A DNA stretch of 64,000 nt from a virus: positions 40,711-104,710 of IMG/VR virus record IMGVR_UViG_3300044712_000336; one strand, given 5' to 3'. Position 1 is the stretch's first letter. Every line of letters starts with the position of its first letter. This document shows positions 18,095-27,782 of this stretch, piece by piece. The translations under genes were made by a program, and so were the position numbers. The notes beneath the pieces were generated by a model. It was given only the letters and a program-made list of their open reading frames with translations. It did not search any database and was not told the DNA's origin.

Positions 18095-18304
18095 ATGGCA
18101 AAAGATAAAGGGTTAATTGAGGTAATAGATATTATATCAAATTCAAAACATATTATATCAGCAACTATAACTACTGATAAAACTAAAACAATTATAAATA
18201 AAAGTAATGATAAAATTCCATCAAAACCAAAAGGTAATTATGAGTGGAATGGTAAGAATTGGGAAGAAACAGATGAAGATGGTATTTTCTTAGATCCACA
18301 TTAA
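18095..18304 (+). CDS. Hypothetical protein
   Basis: ORF; PSKP...YEWNG..W motif. Confidence 0.55.
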   Translation: MAKDKGLIEVIDIISNSKHIISATITTDKTKTIINKSNDKIPSKPKGNYEWNGKNWEETDEDGIFLDPH

Positions 18305-18306
18305 CT

Positions 18307-19485
18307 ATGAATAGAATATCAGCACAAATTATAGCAGATTCTATATCACCACAAGGTGATAGGATTACTACTTATATATTAAAATTTCCAAGAATAATAC
18401 TTGCAGAAGCTAAAACACATAGAATAATATCAGGATTACATGGTGATATAGAAATATTGGAAGATATTAGTTTAAATGGTTTTAGAGAAGGTAGTAAAAA
18501 TTCAGCGAGTAGTAGAGCAATACCATTTGAAAAGATAGTTAAGATGGTAGAGGAAGAACCATTTATTCCTATAGCATGGCAAAAAGACCATAAAGGTATG
18601 CAAGGAAGTAAATATTTTACTGATATAGATAAAGCAAGTGTAGTAGATGGACATTATCCTGATAGTTTAAGAGAGTTACAAAGAAATTGGTTAAAAGCTA
18701 GAGATGAAGCTATTAAACAAGCTAAAAAATTAAATTCTTTAGGATTAACTAAACAATTATGTAATAGATTACTTGAACCATATATGTACCATACTGTACT
18801 TGTAACTGCTACAGAATGGAGTAATTTCTTTGATTTGAGATGTCCTAAATATATAGATCCATCTGGTAAATCGTTTAAAAGTAAGAAAGATTATAGAAAT
18901 AATTCTAAATGGTCTTGTTGTGAAGATAATGAAGATGATATTATAGGATGGTTAGAATGTAATAATTCACAAGCTGAAATACATATACAAGATTTAGCTG
19001 AAAAGATGTGGGATGCTTATAATGCAAGTAAACCTAAAGAATTAAAAGAAGATGAATGGCATATACCATTTGGTGATAAAATGGATTCTGATCAAATTTA
19101 CAAAGCTACTTATTATAGAGAAGGGATAAATAAACTTTCCATTAATAGAACTAAAATTAAGATAGCAACCGCGAGATGTGCCAGATTATCATATATGACA
19201 TTTGATGGTGATATTGATTATGAAAAAGATATTAGATTACATGATCAATTATTAGAGAATCATCATTATAGTTGCTTTGAACATTGTGCTCGTGTAATGA
19301 CTGAAAAGGAATATGAATCTTTTTATAAAGGTAAATTACATCCTCGTACAATTACAACTTCTGGAACAGGAAGATTGAGTGCTGATGAAGATTGGGAAGT
19401 CTTTGAAACAGGTGATGGTATAGGTTGGTGTAATAATTTCAAAGGATTTATTTCATATAGATATTTAATTGAAAATAAATTATGA
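18307..19485 (+). CDS. thyX: Flavin-dependent thymidylate synthase (phage type, with insertions)
   Basis: PRIILAE.KTHR, NSASSRAIP, KQLCNRLLEP, NFFDLR, AE..IQ.LA, ARCARLSY, H.S.FEH. Confidence 0.88.
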   Translation: MNRISAQIIADSISPQGDRITTYILKFPRIILAEAKTHRIISGLHGDIEILEDISLNGFREGSKNSASSRAIPFEKIVKMVEEEPFIPIAWQKDHKGMQGSKYFTDIDKASVVDGHYPDSLRELQRNWLKARDEAIKQAKKLNSLGLTKQLCNRLLEPYMYHTVLVTATEWSNFFDLRCPKYIDPSGKSFKSKKDYRNNSKWSCCEDNEDDIIGWLECNNSQAEIHIQDLAEKMWDAYNASKPKELKEDEWHIPFGDKMDSDQIYKATYYREGINKLSINRTKIKIATARCARLSYMTFDGDIDYEKDIRLHDQLLENHHYSCFEHCARVMTEKEYESFYKGKLHPRTITTSGTGRLSADEDWEVFETGDGIGWCNNFKGFISYRYLIENKL

Positions 19486-19817
19486 TTAAAGAAGTAATAC
19501 AAGGTAAGATTGATTTATTAATAGAATTTTTAGATTTATCACAAGGTACATTTGATAGTAGAAATTTTATTGAAGATAAAATATTAATACTACAAGAACA
19601 ACTACAACAAGCTAAATCTATTGAAAATATTAAACAAGAAGAGTATCAACGTGGATTTACAGATACTATGAATCAATATAAACAAGTTATGTTAGATAAT
19701 ATGGAAAAAGCATTTGAAGCAGGCAGAGAAGAAGAATATACTACTAATTTAGGAAGTAGTGAACAATTAAAATATGAAACATTTGAAGATTATTTAAAAC
19801 GAAATGAAATTAAGTAA
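19482..19817 (+). CDS. Hypothetical protein
   Basis: ORF in operon. Confidence 0.65.
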   Translation: MIKEVIQGKIDLLIEFLDLSQGTFDSRNFIEDKILILQEQLQQAKSIENIKQEEYQRGFTDTMNQYKQVMLDNMEKAFEAGREEEYTTNLGSSEQLKYETFEDYLKRNEIK

Positions 19818-20115
19818 AACTGAACAATTAATATTAAATAGTTTAGTAGTTAGTGAGGGAAAATCATGTCGTTTTCCTTCATTGATTACAGAAACATTTT
19901 ATATTGATACAAAAGGTGCAGAATTATATAAATTAATTCAAAGAATTGAATTAGATATAAGACTATTAAGTAAAGAACAATATGGAGATAATATAATACC
20001 ACAAGTGTATAAACAATATAATATTAAATCATATAAAGGATTAATTAAATTCCTTAATACTTGTAGATATTTATTTATGAAATTATATCCAGAATTAGCA
20101 GAAGAAGTACATTAA
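19804..20115 (+). CDS. Hypothetical protein
   Basis: ORF in operon. Confidence 0.6.
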   Translation: MKLSKTEQLILNSLVVSEGKSCRFPSLITETFYIDTKGAELYKLIQRIELDIRLLSKEQYGDNIIPQVYKQYNIKSYKGLIKFLNTCRYLFMKLYPELAEEVH

Positions 20116-20133
20116 TAATAAAAATAAATAACA

Positions 20134-21264
20134 ATGAAACTTAAAGAAAAACAAGAATTAGCAAAAAAGTTAAGTAATTTACATAACTATACATTAGAAG
20201 AAATAGTTAATTTAGTAAATACAGGAAAAGCCCCTAAATACTTACTTACTGATACAAGAAAAGTTAGTATTACTGGTATAAAGAAATTTGTAGATAAATA
20301 TAGTTTTAATAAGAATATAACAGCTAAAGTGGAACCAACTGTTGTAAATAATTATAATGAGTATGTACTATTAATTGATAATAGTGGTAGTACTAATAGT
20401 ATTGCTAAACAAATTGAAAATGGTGTAAACTCGTTTGTAACTAATTTAGCAAAACAAGATAAGGATGCTATGGTTAATTTAGTTAAGTTTAGTAGTGGTA
20501 ATTATACACAAACAAGATTAACTAATGTCAATAATATTTATTCTTATCACCATAACGCTTGTGGTAGCACACCATTAACTAAAACAATATATGATTTCCT
20601 ACAAAAAGGTAATATTAATACTACAATTGTAGTGTTTACTGACGGTGAATGTGATGAAGGAAGACATGGTTCAAATAGAATTAAAGATTTAGTATCTAAC
20701 TATAAAGGAACAATTGTATTTATTGGAACAGGAGAACATTACGCTAAAAAAGCTGGTATTAAAGATGGTAATATCTTAACATTTGAAGCATCTATATCAG
20801 GTACTATTAAAGCATATCAAGAATTAGTTGAAGCTAGTGTAGAACATACTAAAGGTATTAAAGAAGGTAAAGATATGAGTAAAGAAGACTTCTTCAAAAC
20901 TAAAACGGAATTAGCCACTATGTTAAAGAAGAGTGCTAATATTGATATGACTGTTTGTTATGAAAAGAAGATGAGTAAAGAACAGAAAGAAAGTAATATT
21001 AAAGAAGCAAAAGAATATTTTGATAATATATCAAGACAGAGGTTGTATAGAATTTCTGATATAGATTATAATAAATTATTTAATATTATGAATAAAGTAG
21101 AAGAACGTGTATTATTTGGTAAACATGATGGAACAATTAACGAATTTGGTAGATATAAATTTATTGAATACAATAGTAAGACACCAAAAAATCCACATCG
21201 AGAAGTTAATCCAGATACAATTCTTTGGATTGAAGTTAAAGGAAAACGTTACAATAAGAAATAA
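20134..21264 (+). CDS. von Willebrand factor A domain protein with an extra C-terminal domain
   Basis: MIDAS motif LLIDNSGST, GSTPL, VVFTDG. Confidence 0.85.
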   Translation: MKLKEKQELAKKLSNLHNYTLEEIVNLVNTGKAPKYLLTDTRKVSITGIKKFVDKYSFNKNITAKVEPTVVNNYNEYVLLIDNSGSTNSIAKQIENGVNSFVTNLAKQDKDAMVNLVKFSSGNYTQTRLTNVNNIYSYHHNACGSTPLTKTIYDFLQKGNINTTIVVFTDGECDEGRHGSNRIKDLVSNYKGTIVFIGTGEHYAKKAGIKDGNILTFEASISGTIKAYQELVEASVEHTKGIKEGKDMSKEDFFKTKTELATMLKKSANIDMTVCYEKKMSKEQKESNIKEAKEYFDNISRQRLYRISDIDYNKLFNIMNKVEERVLFGKHDGTINEFGRYKFIEYNSKTPKNPHREVNPDTILWIEVKGKRYNKK

Positions 21265-21276
21265 TAAAGTATAAAA

Positions 21277-21588
21277 ATGGGTTGGGGAACTTCTTTTACA
21301 ATAGAAATATATCTAAGTAAAAAGATATATAATTCAAAAAGTGAATTAATTGACGAAATAGACCAATTAAAAGATTATATAAATACCAGTAAGGAAAGAA
21401 TATTACAATATGCTTCAAGTAATATTAAAGATATATTACCAGAAGAATATAAAAATAATCCTTTAGAATGGGTACATTTAGAAGTTACTGATATAATGTC
21501 TGATTTAATAGAAAATACAAAAGAGTTACAATTATTAACTTTATACTTAGAGGAATTTGATAATCTAAATAACATAAAGAATGAGTAA
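21277..21588 (+). CDS. Hypothetical protein
   Basis: ORF in operon. Confidence 0.65.
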   Translation: MGWGTSFTIEIYLSKKIYNSKSELIDEIDQLKDYINTSKERILQYASSNIKDILPEEYKNNPLEWVHLEVTDIMSDLIENTKELQLLTLYLEEFDNLNNIKNE

Positions 21589-22138
21589 AACAAAAGAAAT
21601 GTTAGATGAGATACAGGAAAATGTAATGATTCCTATTGAAGATATTCCTATAGTAAAATATACAGAATTATTTGAAGATACATTATCATATCGTAAACAT
21701 CCAGGTGATGCTTGTGATGATATTAAATGTAATTGTGATATTAAATTAGAAGGTGATAATATCATATACATATTACACTTCGGTACTGAAATACCTAAAG
21801 GATATTCCATTAGGTTACATCCAAGAAGTAGTGTTAGAGATTATGATTTAATACTAACTAATTGTGAAGGGGTAATTGATGCTGAATATAGGGATAGTTA
21901 TCAAGTATCATTTAAGATATATACAAATGATATATTCAAATTAATTAAACTTAAATTGTTAAAATTAACTAATAGATGGACTATTAATAATATATCGAAG
22001 GTTATTAAGATATATGATATTGGTGAACGTATAATTCAAGCAGAGTTAGTTAAGAATTTACAGTTTAAATGGGTATTAGTTGATGAACTTGATATGACTA
22101 ATGATAGAGGTGGTGGTCATGGAAGTACAGGAAAATAA
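21581..22138 (+). CDS. dut: dUTPase (trimeric)
   Basis: GDACDD, PRSS, GVIDAEYR, GERIIQ, RGGGHGSTG. Confidence 0.92.
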   Translation: MSKTKEMLDEIQENVMIPIEDIPIVKYTELFEDTLSYRKHPGDACDDIKCNCDIKLEGDNIIYILHFGTEIPKGYSIRLHPRSSVRDYDLILTNCEGVIDAEYRDSYQVSFKIYTNDIFKLIKLKLLKLTNRWTINNISKVIKIYDIGERIIQAELVKNLQFKWVLVDELDMTNDRGGGHGSTGK

Positions 22139-22147
22139 ATTAATTAT

Positions 22148-22846
22148 ATGAGTAAACATTGCCCAATAATGCAAAGAATGAAATCTAACTATGAAGATAG
22201 ATATAGATTTCATTTAACAAGAAGAACACCAATAATTATAAGATTAGATGGTAAAGCATTTCATACTTATACTAAAAATCTAAATAAACCATTTGATATA
22301 GGTTTAATTGAGGATATGCAGAATACTACTAAATTTTTATGTGAAAATATACAAGGTACAAAAATAGGTTATACTCAATCTGATGAAATAAGTATATTAA
22401 TAACTGATTATGATACTATAGATACAGCAGCGTGGTTTGATTATAACGTACAAAAAATATGTAGTATTAGTAGTAGTTTAGCTACTGCTTACTTTAATCA
22501 ATTAAGGAGAGAAAGAGAAATATATAAATTAGCTTATTTTGATAGTAGAGTATTTAATATTCCAAGAGAAGAAGTATCAAATTATTTTTTAGCCAGACAA
22601 AAAGATGCTGTAAGAAATAGTATATCAATGTTGGCTCAATCATTATATTCACATAAACAATTAGAATATAAGAATATTAATGATATGCAGGAAATGTGTT
22701 TTCAAAAAGGATATAATTGGAATGATTTGGAATATTATAAAAAAAGAGGTAGTACTATTATTAAAAATAATGAATGGATTAATATAGAAACACCATTGAT
22801 ATTTACACATGAGTATTTTGAACAATTTGTAAATATTTATATATAA
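22148..22846 (+). CDS. thg1: tRNA(His) guanylyltransferase Thg1-like protein (3'-5' polymerase)
   Basis: RMKSNYE, IRLDGKAFH, YTQSDEIS, FDSR, RQ.DA.RNS. Confidence 0.93.
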   Translation: MSKHCPIMQRMKSNYEDRYRFHLTRRTPIIIRLDGKAFHTYTKNLNKPFDIGLIEDMQNTTKFLCENIQGTKIGYTQSDEISILITDYDTIDTAAWFDYNVQKICSISSSLATAYFNQLRREREIYKLAYFDSRVFNIPREEVSNYFLARQKDAVRNSISMLAQSLYSHKQLEYKNINDMQEMCFQKGYNWNDLEYYKKRGSTIIKNNEWINIETPLIFTHEYFEQFVNIYI

Positions 22847-23037
22847 TGCCAAAAAAACAACCAAAGTGGATAGAAGATGAAGTAAATACTTCTAAATCTA
22901 ATAATATATTATATATGTTATGTAGATGTGGTGAAATGGTACGTATGTATATTAGTGATAAATTTGGATCATGTCATAATTGTGGAAATGATGTACCAAA
23001 TGATGAGTATAAAGAAAGAATTAGTTACGAAGAATAA
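22846..23037 (+). CDS. Small zinc-ribbon protein
   Basis: CRCG...CHNCG. Confidence 0.65.
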   Translation: MPKKQPKWIEDEVNTSKSNNILYMLCRCGEMVRMYISDKFGSCHNCGNDVPNDEYKERISYEE

Positions 23038-23059
23038 ATAATAATTAAATTAAATTAAA

Positions 23060-23275
23060 ATGGATAAAATATTTGAAGGTATTAGTACAATATTAGCTTT
23101 TATATTGGTCATAATAATATTAGGATTACTATTAGGTTTTCCTATAATGTGGATGTGGAATTATATAATGCCTGCTTTATTTGGGCTTAAATGTATAAAC
23201 TTTTATCAAGCATTAGTACTATATGGTTTAACCAGTATTCTATTTAAAGACGGTATGTCTTCAAAAAAAGAATAA
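23060..23275 (+). CDS. Small membrane protein
   Basis: Long hydrophobic stretch; MWMWNYIMPALFGL..I.FYQA pattern. Confidence 0.75.
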   Translation: MDKIFEGISTILAFILVIIILGLLLGFPIMWMWNYIMPALFGLKCINFYQALVLYGLTSILFKDGMSSKKE

Positions 23276-23280
23276 ACAAT

Positions 23281-23335
23281 AAATCCTCACTCAGTCAGCC
23301 ATTACGGTTGATTTGAGTGAGGATTTTTCTTTTTT
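23281..23335 (+). terminator. Intrinsic terminator closing the + arm
   Basis: AAATCCTCACTCA...TGAGTGAGGATTT long stem followed by TTCTTTTTT. Confidence 0.85.
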
Positions 23336-23460
23336 CAATACTATATTCCATTATCAAAATAATTGCTTAATATCAAAGATAAATGATAATAAACAATATA
23401 TCAGATAAGATGTTCAGTGTCAATGAACAGTAATAATTACTGAACTTAACATAATAAACC

Positions 23461-26400
23461 TTATTTCAAAGTTTTGAATGGATTATCACTAAATAAAGTT
23501 TTATCTGATTGAGCATCTTTATACCATTGATTAACCATTGCAGGATATACAAATATATCTAATACTTTTGATTGATATGGTATATTACCTTTTTCATTAC
23601 GTAATTCATTCATACCTAGTCCTGCACCCATAACATGAGTTACATATCCAGCAGTATTAGTAATTGCTTTAGATAATTTAGTTACTACAACAGGACTCAT
23701 TGCTGTTTCTAATGTTCTTGCCATATCACTAACATTCCATATTTGAGATGGATTATCTATAGCATATTGTCGCCACCACTTCTTCATAGTATCATCATCT
23801 GGTTCATCATCATATTTCCATTTCCATAATAATATAAAAGATAAATACATTGCAAAGTTAATACCTAATTCTAATATATTCTTCTTTTGATCATTTGTTA
23901 ATTTTTTCCATTCATGTGATTGTGTATATCTTCCAAGTGAAGCATAAAATACAAATAATTTCCTTAATGTAGTTATTCTACCTTCAGCAGTTCTAGCTTT
24001 CCACTCTAACACTGGTTCTTTTATACCACTAACAGTTCTTACTTTTAATTGATTAAGTTCAGTTTGTATATCTTCATAAGTATAACCATAATACCCTAAT
24101 TCTTCTTTATACCTTAATCCACCAAATTGTCTTCTCAACATTACAGGAAGCCATTTCTTTAAACTCATCATTAGTTCCCCAATAACAGTAGAACCAAATA
24201 CACTTACTTCATCCATTCTGTAAGCACCTTGCATACCTTTATATACTTCTTTTAACCTTCTTATTTCTCTTGATGATAGTTCATTAATAGGTTCATAAGT
24301 ATTTGGTGCAATTTCTATCACACCTCTAGTACTACCTGACCAATTTACATTACCTTTACCATCAGTAGTATAACTATCATATATAGATTTAGATTCACCT
24401 ACTTTTGGTTTAAATAATGATTTACCATATTTTTGTATATCTTCTTCAGTATATTTATCTTTAGTATGTTTCATACCATGTAATTGTGCTGCTAATACTA
24501 TATATGACATAGCATCATCTGGTAATGATTGAAATATATATGCCCAATTATTAACATCCCATAATTTATTACGAACAGATACTTGCATATCATAAGGAAC
24601 AGTAAAATTATAATCTTCTGGTAAGTACCTCATATCTCTAGCAAGTAACCATAACTTATTATTAGTATGTGTACCTTTCATATAATCACCTACAAGTTTT
24701 CTATATTCATTAATACCAAATTGTAAATCTGTTGTAGTAAAATCAATTTCATTACCAGTTATTCCTGCAAATGCACGTTTAGCAATACTATCTTTAATAG
24801 CATTTTGATATGTTATTAATGAACTGTGCATTGCATTACCTATACCTTGTTTAAATCTACCTGCCATCATAGACCTAGTTGACCATGATTGTAAACCTTT
24901 CAATACTTTTAACCAATCTATCTTATATACTCTACTACTACCAAATGATACTTTATTTTCCTTTAATAACTTCTCATTTGTTAATTCTTCTATCTTTAAT
25001 CCAGTTAATTCATAAGGTACAGTTCTACGTAAATATTCTAATTCATTCTTTAATATAGGATTATTACTTTGATGTTGTGCCATTTCAACTACAGATTTTA
25101 ATCCTTTACTAAGAATATATATATTATCCATTTGTTTTTTCCACTCAATATTCTTAACAAATGCGTTAAAAGCTAATCCTAAGTTATCACTATAAAGAAA
25201 TTGTTCGTCCATTCTTGAATTACCTAAATACTTCAATGGTAAACCACTTCCAAGATTATCATAATCTTCATAATTATAATCTAAATATCTTGTAAATCTT
25301 CTATTAAACCATTCTTTAAAGTTTATAAATGGATATGCTGCCCAACCTATAATATTATTTAATACACCTGTTCCTTCACCGCCTAATATTTTATGTCCTG
25401 TTTTATACTCTAATTCCTCTGGTTGTTCCCATATCTTTGGAAACCATCCTTCATAGTATTCAAAATGTCGTCCAGAATCTTTGTCATTATATTTTTGTAG
25501 TAATGTTTTATCTTTAGATTCATCACCATCTATATTAGATTGATATGGTTGATTTAAGTATGCTATATTATCACCTCTATCTTTAAAATAATATGATGAT
25601 AAATAATTTGCTTCAATAATCCAATCTTTCTTAGTCTGTGTCATTTTAGAACTATTCCATACAGGAACATCTTCATTCTTTACATAATAATTACCTATTA
25701 AAGTATAATTATCTTTATTCTTAGATTCCATAATTTTATCATCACTCTTATATGCAACTATTAACCTCTTTCTGTTATCAACAGCACTTCCACCTACTTT
25801 TTCCTTTACAGTAGCAAAATCATATAATCCTTTTCCATTATGAGTACTGTAAACTAAATTTTTTAGTATTCTACCTACAGGAACATTATTCTCTTTACCC
25901 CATTCTTTTTGAAGTTTATTCCCAAGTTCTTGAAATTTAGACATCCTAAGTCTATATAATTTATCTGCTCGATTACCATTCTCATCTTTATATACTTGAA
26001 ATGCTTTTAATTCTGGTAACTCAAATTCCTGCAATGATGCAAAATATCCTTCCCAACTTCCTAACATCTTAGATTCATCTAATCTTGACATTAAGAACTC
26101 TTGTTCATCTACTATACGTTTTTGTATATCTAACTTCTGTCCAGTTAGTAACAATAGTTTTGTTGTAATATCACGTGATTGTCTATTTAATGCAGGAACA
26201 AGTTTACCATCTTTATGATATGGATCATTTTTAATATCATTTAACTTATCTTGTATTCCTGCAAGTTGTTTTATATATTTATCTTTTAAATAATCAGTAG
26301 TATGTTCTGTATCCATTGAATTAGTCATAGTATCTTGTATATCTTTCTCTAATGAATCAGCAGTTAATCCTCTAGTATAATCTAATGGATTAAATATATT

Positions 26401-27714
26401 TGGTGATTTCTTTTTTAATTCCTGTACAACATTACTAGGTATTTGTACTTCTGTACCTTTTTGTAATTCTGCTATAAAATTCTTATCATTAAATGCAGAT
26501 TCAATCAATTCAAGAAATGCTGCTACATTATGATTACGTGCATCTTTATTATTACGTAACATTGCATGGTAACTATTAATTAATCCTACATAACTATCTC
26601 TTATCAACAATGTAGGATCATTATATTTAGCCATTACCATATATAGTGTTAATTGTAATTTTGCTTTATTTAGTTGTGTAGCTTCAATTACACCATTCTT
26701 AGTTTTACCATATTTAAGTATAGCATTTGATAAACTTTCATCACTTTCATTAGCAATAATACGACCAGATTTTAATTCTACAAATGTAGATGTTCCATCA
26801 TTATGTCTTGCTATTAAGTCAGTATGTCCGCCTATACCTAATATATCTATTGCTAAAGGAACTTCAAATTGTAAATCATCAGATATACCTTCTTCATATT
26901 TACCAGTTGTAGCACTAATGCCCATATTTGATAACATCACAGTTGTAGTATATCTACCTGTTCCATCATTAGATTTAAACTCTAAATGTTGCATACGTTT
27001 GGTAGTTTTAGTATCTATACCTTCTAGTATAATTTTATTTGTTTCAATAGATTCTTCTTTTATTCCTTCATTAACCATATCTACATTACCTATCCATTTA
27101 CCATATATTTGTTTTAATATTGGTGTAACTACTCTACCATCTATTTGTGATAATCTCTTTCTATTTTGATTTACTTTAATATACTCTTCCTTATTTTTAT
27201 AACTATCATATTGCTTTAATAATGTATTATATACATCTTTAGGATCTTCTGGTTTTAATCCCTCCCACTCTTTATCCGCTTTCTTCTGTAAATCAAATTT
27301 CTCATAGTCAGGTGTTAATGATTCAACTACTGAAGATATACGATTAATTTTCTTTCCATTTAAGTTATGATAAGGTAATTCATTTCCTTTATCATCTAAC
27401 TCATAAGTTAATTCTTGTTTATATATATTCTCACTACCTGTAAATGATTGTGTAGTTTCAGTAATTGTAGGTGAAGTAAATATATTATTATAAGCTTGAA
27501 GTAATTTAATTGTTACTTCATTATTCTCATCTCTAGCTTTTTCACCTTGATATATCTCTTTACCTTGTACCCATTCTTTAAAAGATAATCTTTCAGTTTT
27601 AATATAATCTTTGAAAGCATTATCTTCATTTCCATTATGGAACTCTGTTAAATCTTTGTATAGAATACTAGGTTTACCATTAGGTGCTTTAACATCTTTA
27701 ATTTGACAAATCAT
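23461..27714 (-). CDS. Large virion-ejected protein (RNAP-cluster distal gene) with a PD-(D/E)xK nuclease-like domain
   Basis: Lies directly downstream of the RNAP gene. FEVPL...GHTDLI...FVELKSG...KLQLTLY motif; hydrophobic helices near the C-terminus. Confidence 0.7.
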   Translation of the reverse strand: MICQIKDVKAPNGKPSILYKDLTEFHNGNEDNAFKDYIKTERLSFKEWVQGKEIYQGEKARDENNEVTIKLLQAYNNIFTSPTITETTQSFTGSENIYKQELTYELDDKGNELPYHNLNGKKINRISSVVESLTPDYEKFDLQKKADKEWEGLKPEDPKDVYNTLLKQYDSYKNKEEYIKVNQNRKRLSQIDGRVVTPILKQIYGKWIGNVDMVNEGIKEESIETNKIILEGIDTKTTKRMQHLEFKSNDGTGRYTTTVMLSNMGISATTGKYEEGISDDLQFEVPLAIDILGIGGHTDLIARHNDGTSTFVELKSGRIIANESDESLSNAILKYGKTKNGVIEATQLNKAKLQLTLYMVMAKYNDPTLLIRDSYVGLINSYHAMLRNNKDARNHNVAAFLELIESAFNDKNFIAELQKGTEVQIPSNVVQELKKKSPNIFNPLDYTRGLTADSLEKDIQDTMTNSMDTEHTTDYLKDKYIKQLAGIQDKLNDIKNDPYHKDGKLVPALNRQSRDITTKLLLLTGQKLDIQKRIVDEQEFLMSRLDESKMLGSWEGYFASLQEFELPELKAFQVYKDENGNRADKLYRLRMSKFQELGNKLQKEWGKENNVPVGRILKNLVYSTHNGKGLYDFATVKEKVGGSAVDNRKRLIVAYKSDDKIMESKNKDNYTLIGNYYVKNEDVPVWNSSKMTQTKKDWIIEANYLSSYYFKDRGDNIAYLNQPYQSNIDGDESKDKTLLQKYNDKDSGRHFEYYEGWFPKIWEQPEELEYKTGHKILGGEGTGVLNNIIGWAAYPFINFKEWFNRRFTRYLDYNYEDYDNLGSGLPLKYLGNSRMDEQFLYSDNLGLAFNAFVKNIEWKKQMDNIYILSKGLKSVVEMAQHQSNNPILKNELEYLRRTVPYELTGLKIEELTNEKLLKENKVSFGSSRVYKIDWLKVLKGLQSWSTRSMMAGRFKQGIGNAMHSSLITYQNAIKDSIAKRAFAGITGNEIDFTTTDLQFGINEYRKLVGDYMKGTHTNNKLWLLARDMRYLPEDYNFTVPYDMQVSVRNKLWDVNNWAYIFQSLPDDAMSYIVLAAQLHGMKHTKDKYTEEDIQKYGKSLFKPKVGESKSIYDSYTTDGKGNVNWSGSTRGVIEIAPNTYEPINELSSREIRRLKEVYKGMQGAYRMDEVSVFGSTVIGELMMSLKKWLPVMLRRQFGGLRYKEELGYYGYTYEDIQTELNQLKVRTVSGIKEPVLEWKARTAEGRITTLRKLFVFYASLGRYTQSHEWKKLTNDQKKNILELGINFAMYLSFILLWKWKYDDEPDDDTMKKWWRQYAIDNPSQIWNVSDMARTLETAMSPVVVTKLSKAITNTAGYVTHVMGAGLGMNELRNEKGNIPYQSKVLDIFVYPAMVNQWYKDAQSDKTLFSDNPFKTLK

Positions 27715-27729
27715 GTATGTTTTAATTTA

Positions 27730-27769
27730 AACCCTACTATCTTTCCTTTATTGGATTGATAGTAGGGTT
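27730..27769. other. Inverted repeat/hairpin between the RNAP gene and the downstream gene
   Basis: AACCCTACTATC...GATAGTAGGGTT, perfect 12-bp stem. Confidence 0.7.
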
Positions 27770-27782
27770 ATTGTTTTTAATA

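Noticed and set aside
17997-18116. 39-aa ORF MYFLDRAIDWLLKTN...
   Set aside because: It fills a gap and may be real, but it is too short and featureless to support.
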